Assembly: GCF_009834535.1 (NCBI RefSeq) | Contig: NC_045696.1 | Coordinates: 93,560,001 to 93,624,000 of the forward strand | Source of the DNA: Camelus ferus | Taxonomy: Eukaryota | DNA: 64,000 nt | Direction of reading: 5' to 3' | Shown: piece after piece, positions 1 through 11,678 of the stretch | Position numbering within the stretch: the stretch's first letter is position 1 | Layout of the letters: each line of letters starts with the position of its first letter | Position numbers and translations under genes: made by a program | Notes under the pieces: generated by a model | Told to the model about the DNA's origin: nothing | The model's database searches: none | Seen by the model: only the letters and a program-made list of their open reading frames with translations

Positions 1-255
1 TCTATGGCAAACTGCCTTTGGATTCAAATTGCTACTCTTTCCTGAGTCTCCAGCCTTCCAGCCTCCTCCTCTGTCAGATTTTGGACTCTCCAGGCCTCCA
101 CAACCATGTGAGCTAATTCCATAAGATAAATCTTTATATACATACATATACTTGTATATAAGATATATAGATACCATATGTATATACATCATATCATATA
201 TATATATAAACATATCTTATTGGTTTTATTTCTTTGGAGATCCCTGACTAATACA
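1..255 (+). mobile_element. MLT2-type (ERVL) LTR, 3' part, with internal TA-rich microsatellite
   Basis: 'cagattttggactc...gcctccacaaccatgtgagctaattcc', TA-rich tract ~135-208, and terminus 'ttattggttttatttctttggagatccctgactaataca' match the MLT2 3' end. Confidence 0.85.
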
Positions 256-364
256 CTAACATTTTATTTAATAAGTTCAGAAGCCATTGTTTGTGCAGAG
301 ATCATTCAAATTATCCTTCAAAAGAAGGACAATATTCATGGAATAGGAACAAACAGCTTCTTGA

Positions 365-610
365 CACAGTGATCAGGAAATCTGGATTCTGTCTCTTCCT
401 AGCTGAGTGAACTTGGGTAAATCTCTTAACTAGTTTCCTTACCCATAACTCTATATGCGCAATTCAAGATGTTTTCACACATATTATATTATTGTTATTA
501 AAGTAGCCCAGAGAAACTAAGAAGCTTATTTTTTAGGTTAAAAATGGGAAAACAGATCCTAAAGACCTGAAAATAATTTGCCCAAAATTAGAGTCCTCAG
601 AATAGAGCCA
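365..610. mobile_element. Degenerate MIR SINE fragments (both orientations)
   Basis: 'ctagctgagtgaacttgggtaaatctcttaac' and 'aaatgggaaaacagatcct...aatttgcccaaaatt' resemble the MIR core. Confidence 0.55.
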
Positions 611-3139
611 CAGTCTTCTGAACTGTTGGTAGAAGCAAATGAAGTATGAAGGATATGGGAAAACAGCCATGAACAAGCATCAAAAGTCTAGTTCTGATGT
701 TAGGGACTAGTCCCATTTTTACTACCTGACCATGAACTTTTAGAAGTTTATTTTTTTTTTAATTGTATAGTCCAAAGGCCTCACGTACTACCTGGAACAC
801 ACTAGATGTACAACAGATGTGGGAGGACTAAATGAATGAACGAATAAACAAATGAAAGAAAGAAAATACTTCCTGTGTAACCTATTGGGAAATTCATTTA
901 AACCTTCTAAGATTCAATTTCTCCAAAGAAGATGAGATGAATTCAAAGCTCAGTAAGTCTGCAATTGGACCATCACTGGGGTCATCTCTTCCTCCAAAGT
1001 TCAGCAGCTCATCTTGAATATTACTATGATGTTAAAATTACTTTCTAAATTCATATATAAAGCAGTCTTGCCTTTAACATGTTTGACTATGTCTTTGAAA
1101 TTTAGGAACCATACTTCTATCATTAGCATTAAATGCTTAATGACCCAACTGTGTGTTGATAACTATGCTTGAAATTAAACAGTACTGAATATATTCATGT
1201 GTGAGTTGAAGGAATATTTTTCTTTAGTTATTCATGGTAGTGATGTTTCTTCTAGACAGTTTATTGAAGATCATGAAGATAAGTTTTAAATGAATGTAGT
1301 ATAAAAACTATACTTAGTTTTAATATTAGGAAATTCCAGTTTCAATTTCTGGTCAACCAGAATCAAGACAATCAGATTGAGTGAGAGATTCATATCATAC
1401 TTTTTAATATCCCTCGTTCTTAGAGTAAGATATTCAATATCCTTTATAGATGACTCTTTCAAAATTTTTTTTTAACAGTAAGATATTAAACCTAACTTTG
1501 GAACAATGTACTCTAAGGCCTTCTTCAGCTTTAAAACATTATGAGGCTATGCTTATCTAACTAAGTTATGAAGGTTTCAACTGTTAATATTAATAACAGC
1601 TCTATGCATCTTGAGTCCACATAAGAAAAAAGTTTAAATCAAAGTCTTTATAAAAAGTATAGTAATATCTTGCTGATCTTGAGGTCATGTAAGAGTAATC
1701 TCAAGTGTTTAGAGCCAGCAAATAACATTTAAAAGGTCCTTCAGCAGGTAAAATATTTCTAACAAATATCATATAATAGTAAGTTCCTTCAGGGACTTAC
1801 TCAGAGCCTATTTATTTCTACTTTACATAGATTAATTAAGTTTGGCTATATGATTTCATAGGCCTGAAATAAATTAGAAGCAAAAAAAAAATTAGGAAGA
1901 AAAGGAGGACAGTCAAAGGTAGATGTGTACATTGAGTGGTGAAATGAGATATTTTGACAATGAAAGAGGAAACTAAACACAATTCATTCAATTGTCCTGA
2001 GAGTCACTATACTATAGCACAATTACATAATTGATGTTCATAATTATGATGCATAGACATAAGTATGAATATACTACATATATATATAAAAAATATGTAT
2101 ATCTCCTTTTATAAATGTTTCCATCAGATGTTTCATAGGAATGAAAGCAGTTTTTCTTAAAAAGCTTAACTTTCAGTTACTTTAGAAGTTCGCTTTTGTA
2201 GAAAATAGTTCTCCAAAGAAGGATTTGCCAAGAAAAAAATTTTTTTATATGTAAACAAAGCCTTTGAAAATTCACCCCTTAAGATTTAAAAGCCAAGGAC
2301 TACTATATCATTCAGGAGAGTATTATACTGGGTTTTGTTCAAGCACATGTTGAATTACTGGTGAAGGTTATAGATTTTATACAACCATATGACCCCTCTA
2401 TTGCTAAGAAAAGATTAACTTTTATCATCAGAAGTAATTTGTAGGTTTTTTCCCAATAACTTAATAAGTTATTGTTAAATATACAAATATGCAACCCTCC
2501 TGAGATTTCCTGTGGATATAACATAGAGCCACTGAAGGTTACCTTTGAAAGATTCTGGTTAGCACGGATTCCTACTGTTTAAAATAATTCAGAAGCATAT
2601 CCCAATAACATAGGAGCTACAAAAATTCAAAACGATTTCCAATGCCCTCCACCAAACTTGGTGTCTCCTCTACTGCATCTCCTGTCAGGCATGCTGAGTG
2701 ATTTGACAATCCCATAGATTAGCCATCTCTAATCTCTCAGTTCCTACACTGCTTCATCCCTTGGGTCTTCCCTTCTACCTTAGCCACCCACTTCTGTGGT
2801 CATAACCTTCAACTGGTTATATTTATTATCACTTGTGCAAATGTTCCCTTTTCCTAGTCACAATTTTCTTTTTTTCCAACTTATTTAAGTATACCACTTT
2901 ACATTATTTTTAATGTCAATGCATTATCTGATGTACTACCATCTCCAATCTCCCAATATCCATCAGCCACCTCTTCTTGTTACTTTCCAATTCATTCATC
3001 TGTCTTCTATATCCTTGTATTCTGAAGCTCAGCTCTGCAGGAGAAAACTCCTCAACTGGAAAGATTAACATCACTACTAATTTATAACTGGACTTTCAGA
3101 TGGCCCTAATACTAAGTTTCCCTAGTAAGCTTGCTTTCA

Positions 3140-3565
3140 CAGTGTATCAGTTACCTATTCATATCCAAAAGAAACACAAAATCTGTGAGTCAGTTGGGAG
3201 CTGTCTGATATAGGCCAGACCCAGCTGGGACAGCTCAGCTGTGGCAGTTCTGCTCCACATATTTCTCAACTGCCTCTTAGAACAAGTGAGCCATCCTGGA
3301 CACATTCTTAAGGCATTAGCAGCAAAAGAAGAAATCAAGCATCAATTCGCAAGGCCTTTTAGGATTTAAGCTAAGAACTGGCTGGCATAAAGTCACATTC
3401 ACCTCATTCTACTAGCCAAAGCAAGTCATACAATCATACTTTAGCGAAAGTCAGAAGGTAGATACATTATTTGCCTCTTCTGTGGGAATAATGATAAAGT
3501 TATATGACAAAGACTGTGAATACAGGAAGTAGTGAAGAACTGAAGACATTAATGCCATCTACTAA
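3140..3565 (-). mobile_element. Old MLT1-type MaLR LTR inserted in L2
   Basis: Starts 'tgtatcagttacctatt'; contains 'cacattcacctcattctactagccaaagcaagtcatac' typical of old MLT1 LTRs. Confidence 0.6.
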
Positions 3566-3569
3566 TACC

Positions 3570-5600
3570 CATTCTCGGTAATTACTCTTTCATAATTTCT
3601 TCAAGCTCCCAAAAACCACCATTCCATGCCACCTCCATCTTCCAGAAGACAACGCATTATCTAACTTCACTGAGAAAATAGAAGTTATTTAATCGTAAAA
3701 TTTCACTTGACTACTCTAATTAAATATGCAGAACCTCCTGCATCTGCATCCATCTATTCTTTTACTCTCTTGCTATAATTGAGGAATCATCCTTTCTATT
3801 CCCAGGTGCTCTGGATCTCACTCATTTCATCTGCTCATGGACCTTACTCAATTACCTTTCTGTCTCATCTAACATTTTCTTCCTTTTAGCATTCAACCAC
3901 CCATACTATTTCTATATTCTCCTCCATAGCTAATCACCTTGAAAGAAATGTCTAAATACATTGACTCTACATCTTCATCTCCAGTATTTATATGAGAATG
4001 ATTTTGGTTTAAACAATAATAAAAAGTGTGACTTCACAGTCAGAAAGTCCAAAAGTAGGAGGAGGTGATTGTTTTATGCATGCATAGGCCACAACTTAGT
4101 ATCTCTGAAATCCTTTGAGCTCTTTCTTCCTCTGTGTATTGACTTTGACCCTGGCAGACATCCTTCTTGGTCATAAGATATTTCTGGCATCAACTAGGAA
4201 AACATGCTTCCTTATTCATATCCATCAGGAAAGAGGGAGGGTCTCCCTTTCAACCAGATGATAAAAGTTCTCTTCAGTTTGATTGTGAAAAAAAGATCCT
4301 ATATCCTATCTTGGACAGTCACCAAAGGAATGCTATATACCAATCACCTTAAATCTGAAACCTAAATCAGTAGAGATAAGGAATGTGGGATTACCACAAC
4401 TTGTTTTGAGTAATTTTACCTGGAGCTGAGGATAGAGTAAGCATCCCTTGAGTTACATGGGCTTTTGGGGGTGGTGAAAGAACATGTTAGACAGGAAAAA
4501 AATCAAGGAAAAAAATGTGAGGATTTTGGTAGGACAATGGATGGTGCTGATAGCACAATTCAATACTGCTCTGCCCACATTGTTCTATTCATTCTTCTTT
4601 CTAACATCCATGTTACTAAATTCAAACACCAAAATTTAGTCCTTATCTTTCTGTAATTCTCTGCAGCATTCAACATAGTTAACAGTACTGTCATTATCAT
4701 GAGTCTTTTCATTTTTCTTCTATCTTCTGGTCACTCTTTTCAATTTCTTTAGCTAGCTTTCCCTGACTTCAAAGGTTTGAAATTCTCCAGGACTTGGACC
4801 TAAGGTTCTCTATCTTCTCATTCTACAGCCTTTCCCTAGGTTTTGATATTCCAAATATATATATCTCTGACATATAGCTTTTCTCTTAACTCTAGACCCA
4901 TTTAACCAACTCCATGTGTGCTGTCTCTATTCTTTGTCTCCAAGTCATCTCAAATGTAACCGGTCTACATCTGAGCTCTTGATTTCTCTCTCCCACACAA
5001 AGGGTTTTTCCCTACAATATTCACCTTCTAATAAGTTAACAATTTCATTCACACAAATGCTCATTCTGGGAACCTAGGAATCATTCTTGACCTCTCTCTC
5101 TCTCCCCTCATCTCATATATCAAAATTAGCCCTTATATATTTTTTTTCCTCAAATATGTCCACTTCTCTACATCCCCATGGTCATAGTTTCAATCCAGGG
5201 CTACAATGCCTTCTGCCTGAACCACTGATGATATTCTCTGACTTGCTCTTGCCCTAACTAGATCTCTTTATTCACCATACAGAAATCATAGTGATTGCTA
5301 AAATGAAAATCTGATTATATAGTTCCACCAAATAAACCTAGTTTCTACTGCACTCAGATAATACCCCAAATCTCTAGAAATCTCTACAAGGTGATCCAGC
5401 CTTCCTCATCAACTATGTGCTACAAAGCTTACAAATGAGCTACATTTCAAATTCTTGAATGAGCTAATAAGATCGTTACCATTGCAGGAACTCTCTTCAC
5501 ATTTCATTTGACTTATTCTTACCCATTCTTCAAATCTTGACTTAAACTGTTACATATTTAAGAAGATTTCTATGATCCATCAATGCAGTTAGACACATAT
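3570..5600 (+). mobile_element. L2 LINE fragments, interrupted at ~3990-4570 by an old MaLR-like LTR
   Basis: L2 hallmarks 'cttcactgagaaaatagaag', 'ctctgcagcattcaacatagtt', 'aacctaggaatcattcttgac', 'aatgaaaatctgattat'. Confidence 0.7.
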
Positions 5601-5619
5601 CTAACTGTTAAGGTTTGAA

Positions 5620-6300
5620 CACTGATGCTACCAAGTAAAGATATGTTACCTTTTGGAAGTTGCTTAACTTTTTGTGTCTTAGTTTCCTCACTGGTAAGAT
5701 GGGAATCATGATTAACAACACCAAGGTCATAGATGTATAGTTTCTTATGGCTGTTATAACAAATTACCCACAAACTTGGTGACTTAATACAGCAGAAACT
5801 TATTCCCTCACAGTTCTGGAGGCCAGTAGTCCAAAATCAGTTTCACTGGTCCAAAACTGAGGTGCTGGCAGAGCCATTCTCTCTTTGGAAGCTCTATGAG
5901 AAAATCCATTCCTTTCTTCTCCCAGCTTCTGGTAGCTGCCAGCATTCCATGACTTGTGGCCACATTACTCCAGTCTCTGCCTCTCTGGTCACATTGCCTC
6001 CTTTTCTGTAATCTCAGATTTGACACATAATCTCCCTCTGCCTCTCTCTTATAAGAATACTTGTGATGGGATCTAGAGCCAACTGGAATAATCCAGAATA
6101 ATATTCCCATGTCAAGATTCTTAATCTAATCACATTTTCAAAGACCCTTTTTTCCTTAAAAGGTAACACTTATAGGTTCCAGGAATAAGAGCCTGATCTC
6201 TATGGTTGGCCATCATTCAGCCTACCACAATAGGGTAGGTAAAATCAAATGCACCAAAAAATCTTACCAAAGTGGTCAGCATGTAGTAAAAAGTCATTCA
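5620..6300 (+). mobile_element. MIR split by the MLT1 insertion (halves ~5620-5733 and ~6230-6300)
   Basis: 'gtcttagtttcctcactggtaagatgggaatc' on the left; MIR 3' part resumes after the LTR. Confidence 0.6.
5734..6229 (-). mobile_element. MLT1C/D-type MaLR solo LTR
   Basis: TG...CA termini; 'ctcacagttctggaggccagtagtccaaaatcag'; ends 'attcagcctaccaca'; 5-bp TSD ataga (5729-33) / atagg (6230-34). Confidence 0.9.
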
Positions 6301-6355
6301 TTCAACATTTTAAAAAGTTGAGTATCTACTACACACAAAAAGCTATAGATAAGTC

Positions 6356-6358
<3 letters not shown>

Positions 6359-6388
<30 letters not shown>
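6359..6388. repeat. A30 homopolymer inside an antisense L2 3' fragment (~6295-6590)
   Basis: 30 consecutive A; flanks 'cattcattcaacatt' and 'gagttctcattttagtgggggagac' are L2 3' end. Confidence 0.9.
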
Positions 6389-6391
<3 letters not shown>

Positions 6392-7134
6392 GAGTCCTTT
6401 ACTTCAAAGAGTTCTCATTTTAGTGGGGGAGACATACAACCAAAAACAGACAGATGATAGAGTGAGAGCAAGCTATCAAATGATGGGGGAAATAAAACAG
6501 AGTAAGGAAGTTAAGATACACCGGAGGTAAGAGGGGCAAGGAAGGCCACATCTGTAAGATTGCATTTAGGCAGAAATCTGCTTGTGGGGAAAAAAATCCA
6601 TCAGTTGGTTACTGTTATTAGCATTTATTACAGCTTATAATTCTATATTTATTCATGTCATTATTTGTTTAACAACTGGTTCTCCTACTTGAGGATCCAT
6701 AAAGGCATAATTGGGTCTATTTGGCTCCATTGGTGGTATCCTGCAGAGTCCTTACACACAGAAACAACCAGATTAGCAAATATTTTTATTTAATAATACA
6801 AGATGTCATTACTATAATTTTTTAAATTTCAGACTTCCACGTTTGGCTCTGATGGAATAGGTTGAAACAGACTAATATTTGTACTATACAGCTAGATATA
6901 AAACAACAACAAAAAACCCACATCTGTTTGAAAAAGGAAAGCTGAGATGAGACCAGTGTGTGGGAGGCCAAGATTAGAGAGAGAAGGGAATCTCAAGAGA
7001 GGTGACACTGACATTCTTTTTCCCCTCAGGCACTTGCCAGTTCTAGGCATAGGACTGGGGGCAGAGAAATCAAGAACTGCAGCCAAGAGTCAGAACTTTC
7101 GGTAGGTATTTGGACAATCTCACAGAGCTAAAGG

Positions 7135-7867
7135 GATATTGCAGGGGTTTTCCTCCAGATACCAACTGAGTCCTTGGTTGTCAGATGCCAAGTGGTGTCG
7201 AACAATTCAATTCGGTTCTGACAGTAATATCTGGAGTGAGATCCGACTGCATAGGCCCCACAAGAGTGCTCCACTTCACATGCCAGCCACAAATGAGGTG
7301 CCCATATTTCTCCCCAACTCACTGCAAATTCAGAGATTCCCACAACCCCACCACAGGTTCAATAATTCCCTAGAATGACTCACAGAAAACGTTTACCTCA
7401 CTTTGACTGGTACATTATAAAGCATACAACTCAATAAGAGCCACATGGAAGGGACGCGTGGGGCACGATATGGCGGGAGGGCACAGAGCTTCCCTGTCCT
7501 CTTTAGGTCTGCCACCCTCCCAGCACCTCCAAGTTTTCACCAACCCAGAAACTCTCTGAACCCCATCTTTTAGGGGGTTTTATGGGAGTTTCATCACGTA
7601 GGCATTACTGATGACTAACAATCTCCACTCTCCTCCCCTCTCCAGAGGGCAGGGAGGAGGAGGAGACTGACAGTCCCAGGCTTCTAATTAAGTCTTGGGC
7701 TTTCTGGCAACCAGCCTCCATCCTGAAGCTACTCAGGGGCCCATCAGCAGTCATCTCATCAGCACAGAAAACACTCTCTCTACTCCTGTCACTCAGGAAA
7801 CTCCAAGGTTTTAGGAGACCTATGCTAGGAACGAGGGAAAAAGACCAAGTATCTTTCTATGATATAA
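7135..7867 (-). mobile_element. MER21-type ERVL LTR, apparently nested in an old L1 5' fragment (~6830-7990)
   Basis: 'aattcaattcggttctgacag', 'ttcaataattccctagaatgactcacagaa', and 'ctccaaggttttaggag...gaccaagtatctttc' match MER21 antisense. Confidence 0.8.
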
Positions 7868-7994
7868 AACCTGAATTTGGGGCTCAACGTCCACTTCCAG
7901 GAAGATGAAGTAGATGTAATTTATCCATATCTCTCACTCAATACAATTAAAAACTCTGGAGATTATATGTAAAACAAACTTACAAAGACTCGTA

Positions 7995-8495
7995 TGACCC
8001 ACATGACCGAGCCATTCTTGGGTATTTACTCAGGGGAAATAAAACTTGTGCTCCTACAGACTTGTACACAAATGTTCACAGCAACTTTATTTGTAATAGT
8101 CAAAGCCGAAAGTAATCCGAATGTCTGTTAGCATGTTAATAAATAAATACCTATACAATGGAATACCACTCAGCCATAAGAGAGAATAAAACAACATGAG
8201 TGAATCTGAAAATAATTTTGCTGAATGAAAGGGGTCAGAGAAGAAAATACTGCACTGTATGATTCTATTCATAGAAAATTTTAGGAAACGGTAAACATAA
8301 TTACAGAAAACAACAACAAAGTAGTTGTCTAGGGATTGGGGATCAGGAAGGATTGGGAGAGAGCAATTACAAAGTGGCAGGAAGAGACTTGGATGGTTTT
8401 ACAGGCATAAACTTATGTCAAAATTAATCAAATTATATATTTAGAATATGTGCAGTTTATCATAAATCAATTAGATTTCAGGAACGCTTTTAAAA
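7995..8495 (+). mobile_element. Old L1M (L1MB/ME-like) 3' end
   Basis: 'cttgtacacaaatgttcacagcaactttatttgtaatagtcaaa', 'tacaatggaataccactcagcc', 'tatgtgcagtttatcataaatcaatta'. Confidence 0.8.
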
Positions 8496-9039
8496 TTAAT
8501 TCTATATTTTTTTATTTGTACATGCAAATTGTAGTAAAGGGTCTACAAGCTTATATCTTAGAATAGTAAGCATGGTTACTTCTGGGAAAGAGACTGGAAT
8601 TGGGGTTAGTTATCAAAGCAGAGTTTTTCATTATCTGTAGTATTTTAATCAATACAAAGAGAACACACTGATTCTCACAAGTGAAATTAAAGTTAAAATA
8701 ATTACAAAACAATGTGATGAATTCTATTATCTTCTTGATGTGAGCCCAAATTAGGAAGTGACTACCTCTACAACAGAGATAGAAATGGAAGAAGAGAACG
8801 ATGTTCAGAAAAAAATCTTTACAGAAGAAATAATATTTGGTCCAAATCTTAAAGAATGAGTAGGATTCTTTGAGGGGAGGAAATCTACAGATAATAAACA
8901 ATATCAGAGAAGGCTGCCCAAGGGATCAGTGCAGGGAGGGGGGCGGTGTGATTAGAACCTGAGGTGGGAGGGGTTGAGGGCTGCACCAGCAAGGAGCTGG
9001 CAAAGAATGGGTGGAACACACGAGGAAGGAAGTGTCTGT

Positions 9040-10200
9040 GCGGTGGGAAACAGTGTGATGGCCTTAGAAAGCAATGGACAGCCATTGAAAGATTTTAAGC
9101 AGAAACATAATACAATAACATTTGTGTTTTGTTTCTTTTTAAATCACCCTGGTGGCACTATAAAAGGAGGCCTTTAGCTCAGGCATTAGAATGCAGAGAA
9201 AGAGATGGATTTAAAAGATCATTAAAGTGTTAGAACATCTCACTGAGTAAGTAGAAACACAGCAGTTTGGGGATTAGCTGACTGGGGAAATTAGGACACA
9301 AATAAAAGAGAGAAGGAAGGAGTCTCTTTGTTGTGGTTTTCTTGTTTGTTTTACTTCACTTTGTTTGTTTGGCTTAGTTTTGCAGAGGTGGGAGTTATTG
9401 GTTCCAGGCATAAAGATTTTCGAGATTTCTGCAGTGTCTGTGGATGAATATTAAAGCCCAGCAGGTAGGAAAGAGGTTAGGATATCAGCCAACAATACGT
9501 AAGTATTAACTGAAACCAAAAGCGTGGTCAGAATCACCCAAGGAGGACATGCAGGAAGAGACTAGAAGTTAGCTAAGAGTTAAACTCTATAGAACAAAAA
9601 TACTTAAGACATAGGCAGAGAAAAAGAAAGAAGTTGACTGAGGCATGGGGTTGTAGAAGCTATGGACAGAGAGCATGTAAAAAGCAATGGAGAGGTGGAA
9701 AGGTCAAGAGTTTCAGCAAGAGAGGCGGACCAGGAAGGTGAACAGTGAAAGGGATTGTTGGAACTGGCCATTGAAAGTCACTGATGGTGACCTTGAAGAG
9801 ATTCTTTCTGGTAGAGCGTGGAAGCCAGACTAGAGCTCATGCTGAGGAAGCTGAGACAGTGACTACAGATTAGGCATTTAATGGTCTGGCAGAGAAGAGA
9901 ATGAGAGAATGAGGGTGGCAGCTTAAGCAGAGGGCTGGGCCAAGGAAAGGAGAAGCAGCACGTGGAAGCACAATTGGAGACAAGAGAGTCGGGGACTGAC
10001 CGGGGCAAAGTCCTAGAAGACAAAAGAGGATGCAGTCAAGGGCAATGGCTCCAGCAATTGAGAAGGAACTAGCAACCCAGGAGGTCAAGGTAGTGAGGAA
10101 AAACTAAGCAATTTCATACCATATCTTTTTTTTTTTTCTAGGAAGTCTGATCATCTGTCAAGAGTGAAGACGTAAAAAGTGAAATGATAAAATAAAGAAG
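9040..10200 (-). mobile_element. Degenerate L2 fragments
   Basis: 'gccattgaaagattttaagcag', 'gtcactgatggtgaccttgaagagattc...gaagccagact'. Confidence 0.6.
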
Positions 10201-10365
10201 ATTTATAAGGCTATAGAACAGACCTCCATGATATCATGTGAGAAGGAGTTAAGTAAGAATATGTTAAAAGTTGTGCAGAAGCTTGCATGGCCCGGCTGGG
10301 CTTGGAGACGTGTGTTTATAATGGCACATTTGGTAATTCTAACCCTATGAGGCTTTATCACTAAG

Positions 10366-10514
10366 CAGTGGTTCTCTGGCTTCACCTGGGGCTCTTCAGA
10401 AAGCATTTTGCCAGTGTCACATTCCCAAATACTCTGATTTAATTTGTTTGGAGGATTAAGAATGTTAAAAGCTCATTAGATCATTCTAATGTGCAGCCAA
10501 GCTTGAGAAACACA
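10366..10514. mobile_element. MER5-type hAT-Charlie MITE
   Basis: TIR-like 'cagtggttctc' ... 'gattctaatgtgcagcc'-like core ... 'ttgagaaacacag'. Confidence 0.7.
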
Positions 10515-11520
10515 GCACTCAACCCTCACATCTTTCATCAGTTAAACCCAGGACTGAATTCAAAACATAGAATACAGTTGGATTTAAGTTAAAAAGTGTC
10601 TTGGGCCTCCACGACAATAATAAATAGATGTTCTTGAAAAAACCTCAGGACTTGTAACCATGTCAATGCTGGACACATTCACGCTTTAAAAGTTTACATG
10701 TTCAGCCCAAGGCTTGCACCATTTACATCCCCTCATCAGCAAAACTCTCATAAAACCTAAGGAAAAATTTTAAAGTATAACAACTACCTGCCGAATAGTG
10801 AAACAGGATGAATGCTGTCAGCTTTATACTGTCCTTCATGATTGATACAGACTCAGCTTATTTATTCAGCAAAAGTATCACCGTGATTGTTCTGAGTTTT
10901 TTTTTTTCCTTGCTTGCTTCTCATACTGTTTTGTTAATCTAAAGCAAATGCCATAAAAAGTAATATAATGAGTGAGAAATGTCAGCCTTGCTTTTACAAT
11001 CCTGTCATTCAGAGTCTGGACCTTGGTTTTGCAGATTCATCTCTGAATTTACAAACCTGGCAAACTGAGTCATTCTTACCAATTTCAGGAAAAATGAAAA
11101 TTATAATACAAAATTATTTATTAAATTAGAATGAAGCTATATGATTTCCATCTGGGCCACATTCTTGTTGGTCCATCAATCTATTAATGTCTTTCTATCA
11201 GGGAAGGTAACACTTAATTTATATAGAGGTTTCAAGAATCCATCTTAAATGTCCAGAACAAAACCAAGTTTTTCTTTTTCCTTTTTTTTTTTAATGTCCT
11301 CCTGAGCAGTCAGAATGGTTTTAGAAGGTGCATACACTAAAGCTTAGGTAATTTTGTCACTGGGTCCCTCCATGATCCTTCACTCAACTATGTTTTCAGA
11401 TTTTGAACACTAATTCTGGTTGGGATTACCTGATTTGAATCAAGCAACAGGTGATTAGAAATAGCAAATTAAAAGCAAAGAGAATTGCTAAAAGGAGTCA
11501 CAACACCTGAAACAAGCTGA

Positions 11521-11678
11521 CAAGATCTTACGGTAGCTGACAGAGAAAAAAATGTGACAATGAATATATATATGTTTATGTATAACTGAAAAATTGTGCT
11601 CTACACTGGAATTTGACACAACATTGTAAAATGATTATACATCAATAAAAAATGTTAAAAAAATCGGAAAAAAAAAAA
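11521..11678 (+). mobile_element. Severely 5'-truncated young L1 (3' UTR plus A tail)
   Basis: 'tgtataactgaaaaattgtgctctacactggaatttgacacaacattgtaaaatg...aataaaaaatgttaaaaaa' followed by an A run; artiodactyl/camelid-type L1 terminus. Confidence 0.8.

Noticed and set aside
5808..6110. 100-aa minus-strand ORF
   Set aside because: Lies wholly inside the MLT1 LTR.
6359..6388. A30 run as a retroposed tail
   Set aside because: No flanking duplication; it sits at an A-rich position of L2, so slippage expansion is simpler.
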